From Peribolospora baueri (taxonomy: Eukaryota), in assembly GCA_029717555.1 (NCBI GenBank), contig JAMDHS010000034.1, positions 1 through 64,000 of the forward strand: a stretch of 64,000 bases of DNA. The letters run 5' to 3'. The position numbers were made by a program, and so were the translations under genes. This document shows positions 1 to 12,192 of this stretch, piece after piece (the first letter of the stretch is position 1; each line of letters opens with the position of its first letter). Under the pieces are notes generated by a model that was not told the origin of the DNA, searched no databases, and saw nothing but the letters and a program-made list of their open reading frames with translations.

Positions 1-829
1 TTTTTTTCCTTCCCTTCCCTGTACGTCTTTTTCCATTCGCTTTTGTCTCGCCTTACCTTGCGCTCGACGGCGCTCTCGTTTGTCTTTGTCTTCGTCTCGT
101 CTTCGTCCGTCGGATACGTGTAGCGGCCATCGACGTCTGGTATAACAGCCGAAATCGAACCTCCTTCCTCCTTCCTCCTTCCTCCCTCCGTCCTTCCGTT
201 CGAATCCCGCCCGACGAACGAGCGGCTCGAAGACGCGGGCCAGAACGAGAGGGGCGACAAAGGAAGACGGGAAAGATGGGAAGGCGGGCGGGCGGGCCAA
301 GGGATCCTTGCCCTCGGCATCTGTCCCGTCCCGTCCCCTCCCGTCTCTCCGTCCGCCCCGACTGAGCGACTGAGCGAGGTGCCCAATTCGGATGCGACGC
401 GACACGTGCGGCGGCATCACGGCAGACATACATACATACCAACGTCTTATCTGCATGTGGACACCGCCCTGTACGCTCTTTCCATCAGTAGGCGGGGGAC
501 GTTCTGTTCGCCCTGACTCTTTTTTTTTTTTTTTTTCATTTTTTTTTTGTTTGGCCTTGAAAGGACGGAACGTACTGACGGGCCGTACTAACGGACGGAC
601 AAAGGGATGAGATGAGGGGTGGTCCTAGGATACGTGCAGCGTAACGTACGTGTAAGATGCGGACAGGGTGGTATGGTATGAGCACGGTGTGGTAGGTAGG
701 GGTATGAGGAGCGATCGACGCTCGAACTGGAATGGACGACGACGAAGACGACCGACCGGTAAGCTAACTAAGGTGGGAATAACCATCCGTCCATCCATTT
801 CTCCTACAAAGAAAAAAGATACACCTTCT

Positions 830-966
830 TCATCGACATCGCCGAAGCAGACTCGCATCCGAAGCGACCGCCGCCGGCGTAAGCAGCATCACACTCTCCA
901 CCCACGACTCTGTCGCCTCGTGCTTCGCCGCTGCCGCCGAGATCGGAGATGGCATCGGACCGTCGT

Positions 967-1003
<37 letters not shown>

Positions 1004-2672
1004 GCGGCGTCCGGACCATGCTCTCCGCGTCCGTGCGGGTGCGGGCGCAGACGGCCGTCGGCCCTTGACTCCGCCTTTGCCACCTCTTGCTCCCCTTCCG
1101 CCCGTGTCCTCCTCTTCGTCTTCGTCTTCGTCTTTCTCCTCCTCCTTTTTCGGACTGATCGGTGACACCGGCAGACTGCTCGGCAACGGCGACAGCGCAG
1201 AAGCCTTGGAAGAAACCGTCTTCTTTCCGTAAAAAGCCGCCTCGAGGAGGGCGAGGCGCCGCCTGAGACGCGCGTTCTCCTCTTCGAGATCTTTGAGCCG
1301 GGCGACTTTGCGCTTACCTAATCAGGCCGAAGGGGTTGGTGTGCAAGAGAAGAGGTTGAAGATGGTCAGAACGGAAGGGAATGGGGGCGGCGAGAATTAT
1401 ACGAGGCTGGGAGACGAACAGGTGGAGAGGGTCGGTAAACCGCCTCCCGTGGCAGGACTCACGATATTGCCTCTGAGCCTGGATGTTCCTCTCCCTCCTC
1501 ACCTCCTCCGACGCCCTCTGCCTCCTCTTGCGCGTCGTCGTCGTCGACGACGACAACGTCCGTCCCTTTCCCCCTTCTTCGCCCGCCGCCGCCGCCACCG
1601 TCTTGCTAGGCCGCCCACCGCCCCGTCCTCGGCCGACGGGTTCAAGTCCGACCATCAGCTCGTCGTCGATACTCGCATCGGGGCGTCCCTCGTGGTCGTG
1701 TTCGCCCGAAACCACCGAGCCCAAGCCATCGTCGTTGTCGTCGTCGTCGTCGTCGTCCACCATGACGGGCAGTCGACCGTCTTGCTCTCCTTTCCGGCCT
1801 CCGCGCCAAACCCCATCAGCTTGCCTCCGTTCGCGCTCGGCGTCGACATCGGATTCAAGGGAAGAGAAGGATGAGCGGTATTCAGGATCCTTATGATGAT
1901 GACGATCGTGATCGTGCTCGTGATCGTCACCATCCAAAGAATGCAAAGAGCGAGGCTCGACAGAAGACCCTTCGGTGAGGATCGGCGAAAAGGCCTGCCA
2001 GTCGGCCGCGGCCGCCGTCATCGGCCCGACCGGTTCGCCGGTCGTTGGAGATCCGGAGCCGGGCGCGGCGGACGGACGGAAGGGCAAAGATCGTTGGAGG
2101 ATGGACGGGTCCAGGGAGCCGGCCATGGTATCTGTCCTAGCCGCCGCACACGAGTCCGGCCCCGGCCAAACGGAGAAGCCGACTCCCATATTCACGCCCA
2201 AACCGAACCCCCACTCCGGTCCCGGTCCCGGCGTCCACGCCTGCTCCAAGCCCAATTGGTTCGGAGAAAGCGAGGCCGAACAAGGACCGCTTAGGTCTCG
2301 AAGGAGGAGCGCCTCCAGGCCGCCGGGCAGTTGGACAACGCCGGGCGGTGGGGCGCCTTGGACGTGCGCCGACGCCGACGGTCCTGGGGCGAGTCCGTCG
2401 AGTTGGACCTGCATCTCGAGCTGTTGTTGAGCGTACGCAGCGGCGGTGCGTGTGCTGGGCCAGGGGATGAAGGCGGAAGAGGAAGAAGGGGAAGAGGGAG
2501 AGACAATCATCGGTGGCTGAGCGGACGATATCCGAGGTGCAGGGGGATCACTGAAGGAGAACGAAGAGGATGGGTTGCCGCGGCGTGCACCGGCGAGGGA
2601 GGAGGGGTATCGGAGAAGAGGGTCGAAGGCGGGGGAGGAAGAGATGAGGTGGTGGTGCGTGGGTGCGGCCAT
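830..2672 (-). CDS. bZIP transcription factor (2 exons: 2672-1463, 1317-830)
   Basis: Splicing out a GT..AG intron at 1462-1318 joins the basic region to the zipper: RRERNIQAQRQYR|KRKVARLKDLEEENARLRRRLALLE. This matches the bZIP N-x2-AQ-x2-(Y/F)R consensus plus leucine heptads. The start codon is uncertain. Confidence 0.8.
960..1005. repeat. Compound (GTC)n(GCC)n microsatellite, coding poly-Gly/poly-Asp in bZIP exon 2
   Basis: cgtcgtcgtc...gccgccgccgcc seen directly. Confidence 0.9.
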
Positions 2673-4270
2673 GTGGAGGTGGAAGGGAAAAGGTGGGCAC
2701 CTGGCGGGTTATGTGTGGTCAGTTGACTGGCTGGAAGGAGGTTAGCGACGGCCAAGGGAGAGCAAGAACGAGGGACGAGGTGAGCGAGGCGGGGTGGAGG
2801 AGGACAAGAGAAGGAAGCAACGGTCGGGCCGAGGAAGGAAGGAAGGATGAGCGCGGGCGAGATGAGATGATGATGATGGTATTTATGAGTCGCCCTCGAG
2901 TGGCCCTCGTCCGACCACAGACCGAGCGACAGACCACATGGGCCGTCGTCCGTCTTCCATGCGGGCGCGAGTCAGACAAGTCCATCCACCAACCTCGGAG
3001 TCGTCCAGCCGGCGATGCCCGCCTGCTCTCCTCTCCTCGCCGCTCGCCCCGGACGTTCTTCGGTCGCACAGACACGGAACGGAGAGCCGTTTCCGACCGC
3101 CCCGCCCGCGGCAGGCGGCAGGCGGTGCGGCGCGAAAAGAAAAGACGGGGCGAGATGGGGCGTCGCCTTGCCTTGCCGCGCCTCACGTCTGCCACGGCGT
3201 GTATGACCCAACCAAAATGCCCATGGCAAGTGGACGACGTGCTTGCTGCGCCGTGTGTGTGGCCGGTGCGGTGCAGTGAGCACGCTGACGACGCCCCGGC
3301 CGACGACACGGCGAGGGAAGGAAAGCGCCGGCCGAGGGGGCGACTCGGAGAAAGACGGCGATCGCGGCGCACTTCGGAGATGGACGACCGAAACCGCCGA
3401 TCGATCGAGCGCCGGCCGAGCTGGTTGAGCTCACCACCGCTGACCGACGCGGGCAGTCGCGGGCCGTCGACGACGAGACGAGACGAGACGAGACGGCGGC
3501 TAACTGTGCCGTGTGCCATCGACGACCCAGCCGGCGTTGGAGGGAGTTGTCCGTCGACATGTCTGTCTGCCATGTGCATGCGGATCGAGTCCTTCCTTCT
3601 CTTCTCGTTCGGCTACGCGTTCCGGGCGAGCGCGACGACGCATCCTTTGCTTCTTCCAGACAGCCACCGTCCTTCCAAGCGGAGCGGACGGGGACGGGGA
3701 CGGGAACCGACGCCCGCTCGGCTCGGCTAAGTTGTGCCTGTGCCGCGTCGGCCCGCGAACGAGGAACGAGAGGCCGATGACTAACTACCTGCCTACTGCT
3801 TACTGGCGCCCGGCTCGGAGCGACGCCGTCCGCGTCCGGCCGATCGGGCGACGCAGACCGCTTATGGCCGGCGACGACCACCAAACCACCACCCCACGAC
3901 CTTACCAGTGAGAGTGGCTTCCCACATCCGACCCGTATCCGGTCGCCGACAACCGCCGTCGCCGTCGGACCTGCCGCTCCGTCTCGTTTGTCTCCTCAGA
4001 GCACGCTGGGCGGCAAACAGACGATGCCGCCCTGGCCTTGGCCTCGGCGACGGCGACGGCGACGGCGACGGGCCCACCGGCAGTCGTCGATCGCATTGGA
4101 AGAAGCGCAACACAGACCCTCTCCTCTCCGCTCGCACTCCATCTCCGTCACCGCGCCATCCCCATTCCTCCCTCCCTCGACTCAGGCACCGCCGAGAATC
4201 TGATCGACTTGGAGGCAATGCAGGTTCGCATCGAACCGCCGAGCCCACGGCACACGGCACATGGCGCATG

Positions 4271-4357
4271 GACGGAGGCGTTGTGTTGCGTCATGAGGAA
4301 ATGGACTGTTGAAGATACGCGTGAGCACTGTTCATGACGCAACACAACGCCCCCGTC
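4271..4357. repeat. 26-bp inverted repeat (25/26 identical) with 35-nt loop
   Basis: gacggaggcgttgtgttgcgtcatga (4271-4296) versus tcatgacgcaacacaacgcccccgtc (4332-4357). Confidence 0.9.
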
Positions 4358-5865
4358 TACGCCCAGTGGTGCCCGTCGGTCATAGGCTCCGACGTCGTTG
4401 CTGCGCTGCACCGCTCCCCAGGAACCCCTTCCTTGCCTTCTTCCTTCCTTCGCTCGGATCAACTCAGGCTTGCCAGTTCCACTTCTCGAAAAACCGCCCT
4501 CCCCGTCCCCGCGAACACCACCGCCGCCGACACCTGTTCTCTAGCCTCTATTCCTCTCCCCATCGTGGATGTCGCCCGCCCATACACGACCCGTTAGACC
4601 CGTTAGAAGCGGCTGGCAGTTGTGAGCGAAGAGAGGAGTGGGAAGGAGGGGATGAACGAATTGCATTGTCTGTCTGTCTGTCTTGTTACGGAGAGGAAGG
4701 AATATGGGAGAGGAGGGGGACGACGATCGCTGACCGCCCCGCCGGCTCGTGCAGTCCCAACAGTCGCGTCTCGCTCGTTCGACCGACACCACAGCGCGCG
4801 TGGGCCGTGGTTGACTCTGTTTAGAGTCTACAGGGAGGTCATCTGGTCGTTGCGCGGATTCACTTCCTCGTCTAGCTCCACCCTCTCAGCAACGAGACGA
4901 CGGACGACGGAACGATGGACGACGAGCGCCCGTTCCATGCTCGCAAGCAAGCCTGCCCCACCCGCCAAACGAGCTCACGGCCCATTTCCTTTCGTTCTTG
5001 TCCATCCGTTGCCGACACATCGCTCTTTTCTTTCTGCTCGATCGATTTCAGCTGACAAGACACGACTCGTTCAAGGCCGTTTGCGGCGGCCGTGCCGACG
5101 ACGGCCTCTTCGATGCCCGTGCGTTCGTTCGTCTACTTGCTCGCGTCGCCTTTGAAGCGCACCATAATAGCACACGCATCCCGTCCCGCGTCGACTTTGG
5201 CCGTCCACCCCCGATCGGCTGTCTCGAAACTTGCCCTTTGCCTCCGACGGCTTTGAAGCACGTACCTGAAGCCCGGAGATGAGCAGCACTTTGCATATTG
5301 AATTGGAAGGGACCTTTCTTTTGCCTTTTTTTTTTAAGTCGGTCTCGAATGGGCAGGAAGGAGGAGATGGTTGGGTGGACCAGAGACCAGCGCGGCCAAG
5401 AAAGGTAGAAGAACGAGGACGAGGACGAAGAAGGGACGGAGCGGGGCGGGAATGCCATCCTATTCGACCCGGTCTGTTGCGATTGTCAGCCCGCGGGGTT
5501 TAGGAGGCCGCCTTGAGCCATGACCATAGTCATGGAAGGGTGGATATATGCTGGGGTTCAGGGCCGGAAGGTGAAGCGTAGGCGAAGGCGAGTCCCGAGA
5601 GGGAGGCGAGAGCGGGTAGGACCTTGGGGATTCGACGTGGGAGGGAGGACTTCCGAGGTGAGTGGGAAGCTCGGCCCTCGTACTGGCCGGGGCTGCCCTA
5701 GGGAGAGCTCAAAGTTAGCCGATCCTGATCCAAGTCAATCGTCATCGCATCCGGGTTTGCCTGTTCCGAATCATGCGAGGCGGAGGTTTGTCGCGCGAGT
5801 TGGAGAAGAGGGTTGAGCGGGTCGAGCGACGGAGTGCACCGGAGCACTCAAGGGTACGAGCTCCC

Positions 5866-6443
5866 CTCCAAACGTTGGCCTACGTCAATCAGACGAGGAA
5901 CTCAACTTTAACCTACGGGAAAGGCAGCCCTCAGCATTCCCGCCTCATTGGACACTCTGACTCAGATAGTACGACCGGATACTGCGTCTATCACCTCGGA
6001 GACCTGATCAGCTGGCGCAGTCGAACCCAAAAGTGTATTTGTATTGCCCAGTCGACAGCTGAAGCCGAGTACGTCGCTGCTTCCGCCGTTAAGGAGGCAG
6101 CCTACCTCAAATCCCTCCTCCGTGAATTGGGATCGGATACACGACCTATCATCCAGTCCGACAATCAAGCCGCAATCCGAGCCGCGGAAGACCGCAGAAT
6201 CACCAAAAGTTCAAGCACGTCGATATCAAATACCACTACATTCCGACGGACGGTGAGGAAACGGCACATCCCCGCGAGATCCGAACGGGTAACAACACCG
6301 CTGACGTCCTCACCAAGATCCCGACAAAGGAAATGCCCTTCCGAGCACGCCGCAACTTCAGGGTCCAAGACCACAGATCCGTTGTCGTCACCAACCATCT
6401 GGGCAAACCGAAGTTAGACGGTCAAGATGAAACATCGCCTTGA
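5866..6443 (+). mobile_element. Ty1/copia retrotransposon remnant (end of RT plus RNase H), degenerate
   Basis: LAYVNQTRNSTLTYG..LIGHSDSD..STTGY...ISWRSRTQ..IAQSTAEAEYVAAS...SDNQAAI, then a frameshifted KHVDIKYHY. These are hallmark copia RNase H motifs with small deletions. Confidence 0.9.
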
Positions 6444-6451
6444 GGGGGGAG

Positions 6452-6737
6452 AGCTAGAGAACATAGACACTGAGTGCTCCGAAGGAGAGTTGTCATGTGA
6501 CCTGTCACGTGAGGAGGGCTTTTGTACCTAGACCAACGCGAGATTCACTGGTTCCCGAGTAGATAGAAACCACGACATCATTCCCACCCCGTCTAACTCG
6601 CTTCCATCACGACTACAGCTCGCAAGACTCTACTGAAGCGCTCCACTTTTCGAGAGGCTCTCTCAACGACCGCTGAAGCCGAACGAGGACGGTATGAGAG
6701 CGCTGGCCAATTCGGAACAGTCGACGTGGTTCCAACA
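6452..6737 (+). mobile_element. Probable 3' LTR of the copia remnant
   Basis: Follows a polypurine tract gagggggggag-like run (6442-6451) and ends in ...TTCCAACA. The expected 5' TG is apparently mutated to AG, and there is no second LTR copy in the window to confirm it. Confidence 0.45.
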
Positions 6738-7294
6738 TTCGACATGGGAGCGGACACGTCTAGCGCGTTGAGCTACGCTTTGTTCGGGCAACTGACTGAC
6801 GCTTCTGGACACAACTCGTCTGTCAGTTTGTTATTGCACCCTCAAGATGGAAGGTTGCTCTGTAACAGTGTCGAACGCAAGGCTCGAGGACGCCGTCAGC
6901 CGTCACCGGACCCGACTAGGGTCGGTTCACAAAGTCGCCAGCAGCGCATCCCCATCATCGCCGCCGAGAGACTATTCCCCTTCGACACCTGCCGTCCTCT
7001 CCACCTCTTCTCGCTCGTCGCCCCGCTTCGCCCACACTCACAGCGTCTTTTTTTTTTTTTTCTTCCTTTCTTTCTTTCCGCTCTGGCAGGCGCATACTAC
7101 AGCGCCTTCAATCATCACTTTCGCCTCGTAATCCTTGCACGACGTCACATACCGCCTCCTAGGTGCCTCTGCTGTGGACGCCTATCCAACCGCCTGCGAC
7201 ATTTCTGGCCTGGCCGCCCAGCCGGAGCCGACCAGCTCATAAGGAGACCACGTGGACTCTATTCTCCGCTCTCCAACTTGGGCCAATATCTTCG

Positions 7295-9085
7295 TTACAC
7301 GCTGCCCACGGCCGCGTCAGGTTGTGGGGTCGCAGCCTTCGCTTCCCCGTCGTCCTCCCTAGCCGCCTCGCCATCGCCTCCCTGTCCCTCGACACCGTCC
7401 TGCTTCGCCACGTTCTTCGACTTTCCGGCACCCCTCTTCGGCGGCTCCATCCCCGCAAACCGCGGGTTGATCTTCTTCTCCTTCTTCTTCTTTACCGCTT
7501 CTCCCTCCTTTGCCCCCTCCTTCGGGTACGCCTCCTTCTCGGCCTGCTGGAACTCCTCGTTCCGCGCAAATTCTTGCCGGATCGGTTCGAGGAGCACGTT
7601 CACCGCATCGATGACGCCCAGTTTGAGGTCAAGAGGGTGAAGCTTGCGCTCTGCAAAGTCCTTCTCCAGCGACTCGTACGACCCGTAGTGCAGCGAGCCG
7701 CCGTGCTTCTCCGACCGGTTGATGGAGAAAAGCGTCCCCTGTGGCGCACCTTGTCCGACGAAGGGAGAGGCGGAACTCGCCGTCGATTCCTCCGTCTTAC
7801 CGTCCAGCAACGCCGCCTGGATCTTGAGCTGAGAGATGGGGAACACGACCGCCTTGGCGAACGCCAGCACGCCGTTTTCTTCCACCTCGCCTTCGGCACA
7901 AAACGCCTCGTTGATCTTCTTTTTCACCGTCTTGGCGTCGTCCAGAAAGTCGATCTTGCTGTTTGGGTCCGACGAAGACATCTTTGCTCCCTTCAGACCC
8001 GGCACCATCGCATTCATCAGGTGTGACCGCTTCCGGTAGCCCAGACGTGGCAGGTAGGCTTCCGCAAACGTGAAAATTTTTCGCTGTGCAAAGCGAGAAC
8101 AAGTTGAGGTCTTTAAGTAAAATCCTGCCAATCCTATGAAATCATACTCCTGCTCGAACGCTCACCTGATCTACGCCACCGAACTGCACGTCCACGCCGA
8201 GGTACTCCTCGTCGAGCGCCTGCAGCCCAGGGTAAAGCAGACCGCTGAGCAAAGGACTAGAGACCTGCTTGACGACCTCCGCGCCGGCCTTTTTGGCGTC
8301 GTGTTCAGTAACGGTGACACAGAGCCTGTAGTTATCCATGTTGTACTTTTCCGACAACTGGTACGAGGAGCCGACGACGAAAACGAGCTTGTCCGTCGGG
8401 ACGCCGACGGCGGCAAACACAGCTCGGACGACATGCTCGTAGTACCTTACGCGGTGTCGCACAAGCTCAATTGGCGCTTTGAGGTTGTCGAGGAAGGCGT
8501 GGATGTCTGTGTGGTCCACAGAGAGGAGAGAAGCGGGATGAGCGAGCGCCCTGGAGAGTGATGAAGTGAACGATGAAGCCAAGGGACAGCGAGCGACGAG
8601 TCACTCGTGCCTGAATGATCATTTGGACGCACCTGCAAAAAGGATTTTAACTTCCACTCCTGCGCGCAAAAAGTCGGCGATCTTTGTGAGGGGAACGAAG
8701 TAGCCCAAGTGTGCTGTTCATGATGGGCAGGAATAAAGATTAGGACAATGCAACACAGGTCAGATAGCGTTCCGTTTCTTGTCAAGAAAAAAAAAAAACA
8801 CTGCTCTTCTCTCATCTTCGATACTCACGCCGGCCAGTCGGTGCCGAACCTTCGAGCATGGAGCAACGAATCGATTCGTGGTAAGCGCTCCGGTCTCCGA
8901 AAGTCGCCAGAAAATATCAGGCCGCGACGGAGATCTCGCCTCGTTCAGCCCCTCCCTCACTCACCCCAGTACAGCTTGAGCGTCTCGCCCTTACTGAGCT
9001 TCTCTTTGATTTGCTCTCCTCCGAGGACCTCCTGGAGGCCACGTGTGATGAGCTCGTAGCGCTCGTCCGGCGTGAGTGCGGCCAT
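7295..9085 (-). CDS. TYS1: Cytosolic tyrosyl-tRNA synthetase (5 exons: 9085-8965, 8849-8829, 8713-8633, 8506-8166, 8083-7295)
   Basis: The spliced product reads [28 protein letters not shown] (HIGH-like), [27 protein letters not shown] and KMSSS. All introns are GT-AG and keep frame. Confidence 0.97.
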
Positions 9086-9392
9086 GTCAAACAAAGTGGT
9101 ATCCAATACCGTTCCAAGGTTGCGCTCCGTGGGATGTTAAAGAGAGGATTTGGCACGGAATCCAGAGGGCGAGCGAGCGTGGCAAAGGAGGAGTGGTGGG
9201 GTGCGTGAGCAGAGCGACGCCACGGCGGCGAGTCAGAAGACGAAGGCGAAGCGAGGCTCGGCGATGCGCGGGCTTAAGCCGATCGCTTCGGGACCTGCCG
9301 AAAAGCTCGGCTGTTCGAAATCCTCACCACCACCTCTTCTTCGATCGACTCCCCCTCGAGTCCTCCCATCCCATCCATCGACTCTGGGCACC

Positions 9393-11105
9393 ATGGCTCT
9401 CCCTTTTGCTTACGCGCCCCTTCGTCTCGCGGCAGGGCGGCCACGCCTCGAGCCCTCGATGTCTGCTCCCTGCTACGTTTGCCTTGCCCAAGCTCTCGCC
9501 CCCCCTTCCGCCTTGCCCCTCCGGTCTCCCTCCTTCCCGCATGAGTCCCGGCGTGGCATGGGTAAGAGGGTCAAAGCGCGAAAAGGTCTGTCCGGCCGAC
9601 TATTCGACGAGACGCCTAGGGACAGGCTAACCATTCCAACCAAGGAGGAGCTGGAAAGGATTTATATTCGCCGCGTCAAGAAGGCCGAGAGGGACGAGCG
9701 GGTGGACTTGACCTTGCAGCTGACCGAGGCGAAGACATACATGAAGGGCTTCACCCGCCCGAAGTCGCTGAGGACGCTCATGCGTTTCAAGGGTGGTAGC
9801 TATCGGGGCGAAATGGACCCCGCGCTGGAAGAGGAGCTGTACGAGAAGTCTGAGGATGATGTGGTGATGTACGAACGGCGCGGGGTGGGATTGGACGGCA
9901 TCCACGCCGGCAAGGGGAAACCGTACGAGCTCCCCCCCGCTGACGCCTACCAGCCTACGACGGTGTACATCGTGGAGACGCGCCACCCGGTCAACTTCGG
10001 CATTGGGCGATCAAGGCACAAAGATGTCGATTACGGCATTACGCGCGACCTTCCTAAGAGGCTGAGGAGCGCGTACAACTCGGATGCCGCCTGCAAGATA
10101 GCCAGGACGGCGATCGAGAACGCCCAATGGCCTGAGTTGGGCATCGGACAGACTAGGAACAGGAGGAAGAAGGACTATGACCGACCGGTCCTCGACGTTG
10201 GAGAAGTCAAGAGGGCTGAGGAGACGAACAAGCCCCTTCCACCCAACGCGCTCATCCTGCCCTCTAAAAACCCTTCGCTGGTCTCCGAACTTGAGGCCCT
10301 CCGCGCCTCCTCCCACCACTCGCCCGTCTTCGCTACTATGGTACCATTTCTCGCCGACCAGCCCTTTTGGAGGCCTCTCATCGCGGTCACCTTTCCCACC
10401 CGCCCGCTCGCCTGCTCTCTCCTCCGCCTCTGCCGGTCCCTCCCACGCGGGACCCCTTTCTACGCTAGCGTGGAGAACGCAGATCGCAAGGACGGTCCGT
10501 CCTTCCACCGTCGTATGGTCCGCATGCGCGTGGACCGCATCCGATCGCTCTGCTCCGAAATCTCTAGGAAGTTGGCCGGTTTTAGAGGAGGGTTCATCGG
10601 TCTTCGGTTCCACTATACCGATCTCGGAAGGGGCGTCCAGGGGGAGGGACTGGGTGCCATGCCACCGGAGCTGGACGGCGACAACTACCACGTCGCCGCT
10701 GCTGAAGCCGCCGCCAAAGCCCAAGACAAGGGCGTGGCGTCTGAAGGAGGGAGCTACCTCACTCCCGGAGTGGGCCTCGTTCCCTCCCCGGAGAAAGAGG
10801 TCTCCCGCCGGCGAATCAAGGTGCTCTTTGGGCCTACGCTCTCACCTGAGCTGAAGGCTGATTGGGCTGAAGAGGTCTTGTGTCTCGAGCTCGGTGAGAT
10901 GGACGAGTTTGGCAGGGAGCTCGATTCCCAAGGCAATGTGTTGCCCGGTCAAGAAGTGGAAGGGAAGGAACCGGATGTTTGGGGACGTTTCGGGCAGCCT
11001 GACGACGCAGACGAGGTGGAAAAGGACGTTTCAAAGGACAACAAGGTGACGGAGCCCGCGGCCGGCAAGGAGAAGCGAGATGGAGCTCGAAGGGAAAGCT
11101 TGTAG
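9393..11105 (+). CDS. Hypothetical protein with a putative mitochondrial presequence, single exon, head-to-head with TYS1
   Basis: Long uninterrupted ORF with coding-like composition. The N-terminus from ATG 9393 (MALPFAYAPLRLAAGRPRL...) is rich in R/S/L/A/P. No recognised domain; the start could be further upstream (ATG 9264). Confidence 0.75.
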   Translation: MALPFAYAPLRLAAGRPRLEPSMSAPCYVCLAQALAPPSALPLRSPSFPHESRRGMGKRVKARKGLSGRLFDETPRDRLTIPTKEELERIYIRRVKKAERDERVDLTLQLTEAKTYMKGFTRPKSLRTLMRFKGGSYRGEMDPALEEELYEKSEDDVVMYERRGVGLDGIHAGKGKPYELPPADAYQPTTVYIVETRHPVNFGIGRSRHKDVDYGITRDLPKRLRSAYNSDAACKIARTAIENAQWPELGIGQTRNRRKKDYDRPVLDVGEVKRAEETNKPLPPNALILPSKNPSLVSELEALRASSHHSPVFATMVPFLADQPFWRPLIAVTFPTRPLACSLLRLCRSLPRGTPFYASVENADRKDGPSFHRRMVRMRVDRIRSLCSEISRKLAGFRGGFIGLRFHYTDLGRGVQGEGLGAMPPELDGDNYHVAAAEAAAKAQDKGVASEGGSYLTPGVGLVPSPEKEVSRRRIKVLFGPTLSPELKADWAEEVLCLELGEMDEFGRELDSQGNVLPGQEVEGKEPDVWGRFGQPDDADEVEKDVSKDNKVTEPAAGKEKRDGARRESL

Positions 11106-11442
11106 GAAAGCAAAAGCGCTTAACGGCGCGGATTGGCTACTGTTCTGGTTGGCAGTGAGACGCGCGAATAGATAACCCTGGACGTAAATTATATATACCA
11201 CAATTACGCTTCCACCAAAGATGAAGAGCCGAAGCAATCGCTTGGCTCAAAGTAGCAGGAGAGCCCGACATCGGCTCATTCCCGGAAAAGTCTGAACGAC
11301 ACCAAGGAAGTACGGGCGGTCACTATACTAGAGCGTGAAAGCAGTAGAGGGCGGAACGTAGCGCGAGAGCCAGAGAGGAGGCGGCCTTGCGGTTGGTCTC
11401 TCTTCTTTCGTTCTTGGAAATGACGGCAACGACCATCGAGAT

Positions 11443-12192
11443 TCATGCGATGCCGGCAACGTCCTTCTCCGCCTTCTCACCTCCACTCGCCTCCTTGGCC
11501 CTACCACCGACCTTGGCAAGCACCTGCGTCCCTCCGACGTTGGTGATTCCAGGCCCGCCGAAACCTTTACGGTCCGGTCGGTCCGCAAAGGGGACCCTGC
11601 AGCAGCACATTATCGAGGCCAGGACATCACAGACGCCCACCAGCAGGGTGAAGACAGCTGGGAAGTTTGAGAGGGCAAATGAAAGCGAGCCAATGAAAAT
11701 GTGCGTTAGGACTGGAGGACTCGGAAGACGGCAGAAGATCTTTGGATGTTTGGGACAGGTGCGCACCTCGAATAAAGACAGACACCACTTCCGCAGCACC
11801 CATCCAGACCGCTGAGGAAGGGAGGTGAAAAGGAAGGTTTCGATGTACAGGTGGAAGGGCGGAAAGGAAAGGCGTAGAGAGGAGAGTGGAGAAAAGAACG
11901 GAATGGTCACAGATGAAGATGAGAAAGCCGTCGCAGGACTTGAGGACTGGAAAGCGTGGGCTCACTCTCGATGACTTGGCCCACAACGACAAGGCACGAT
12001 GCAAAGCAGGAGCTGGTAGGCGGCAGGCCAGGATAGCCAAGGATGGGTTTCGAACCAGTGGAGAACAGACAACCAAGACAAACCAGATAGGAAACGGATT
12101 GCGTCAGGTAAGCTTTGGCTGACCGTTTTCTGGCCTTGTCCATATGAAAGGAAACCAGAAGCCAACAGAAGCACTCACAAGACTTGACCCAT
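11443..12192 (-). CDS. 106-aa small hydrophobic protein, probable N-myristoylation/S-acylation (4 exons: 12192-12179, 12012-11966, 11811-11767, 11657-11443)
   Basis: Three GT-AG introns give a 321-nt frame-consistent CDS: MGQVFSCFASCLVVVGQVIETVWMGAAEVVSVFIRAVFTLLVGVCDVLASIMCCCRVPFADRPDRKGF...GIA*. Confidence 0.75.

Noticed and set aside
53..130. Possible first exon on the - strand (MAATRIRR...AG|gtaagg) of a gene leaving the window
   Set aside because: Low-complexity peptide, and the downstream exons cannot be seen, so it cannot be supported.
198..208. GTTCGAATCCC, a tRNA T-loop/B-box-like motif
   Set aside because: The flanks do not form a T-stem or cloverleaf and there is no A-box. I found no supportable tRNA gene in the window.
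2663..5500. Many 100-350-aa overlapping ORFs upstream of the bZIP gene
   Set aside because: Arg/Pro-rich translations of GC-rich microsatellite-laden DNA with no motifs; most likely promoter or 5' UTR.
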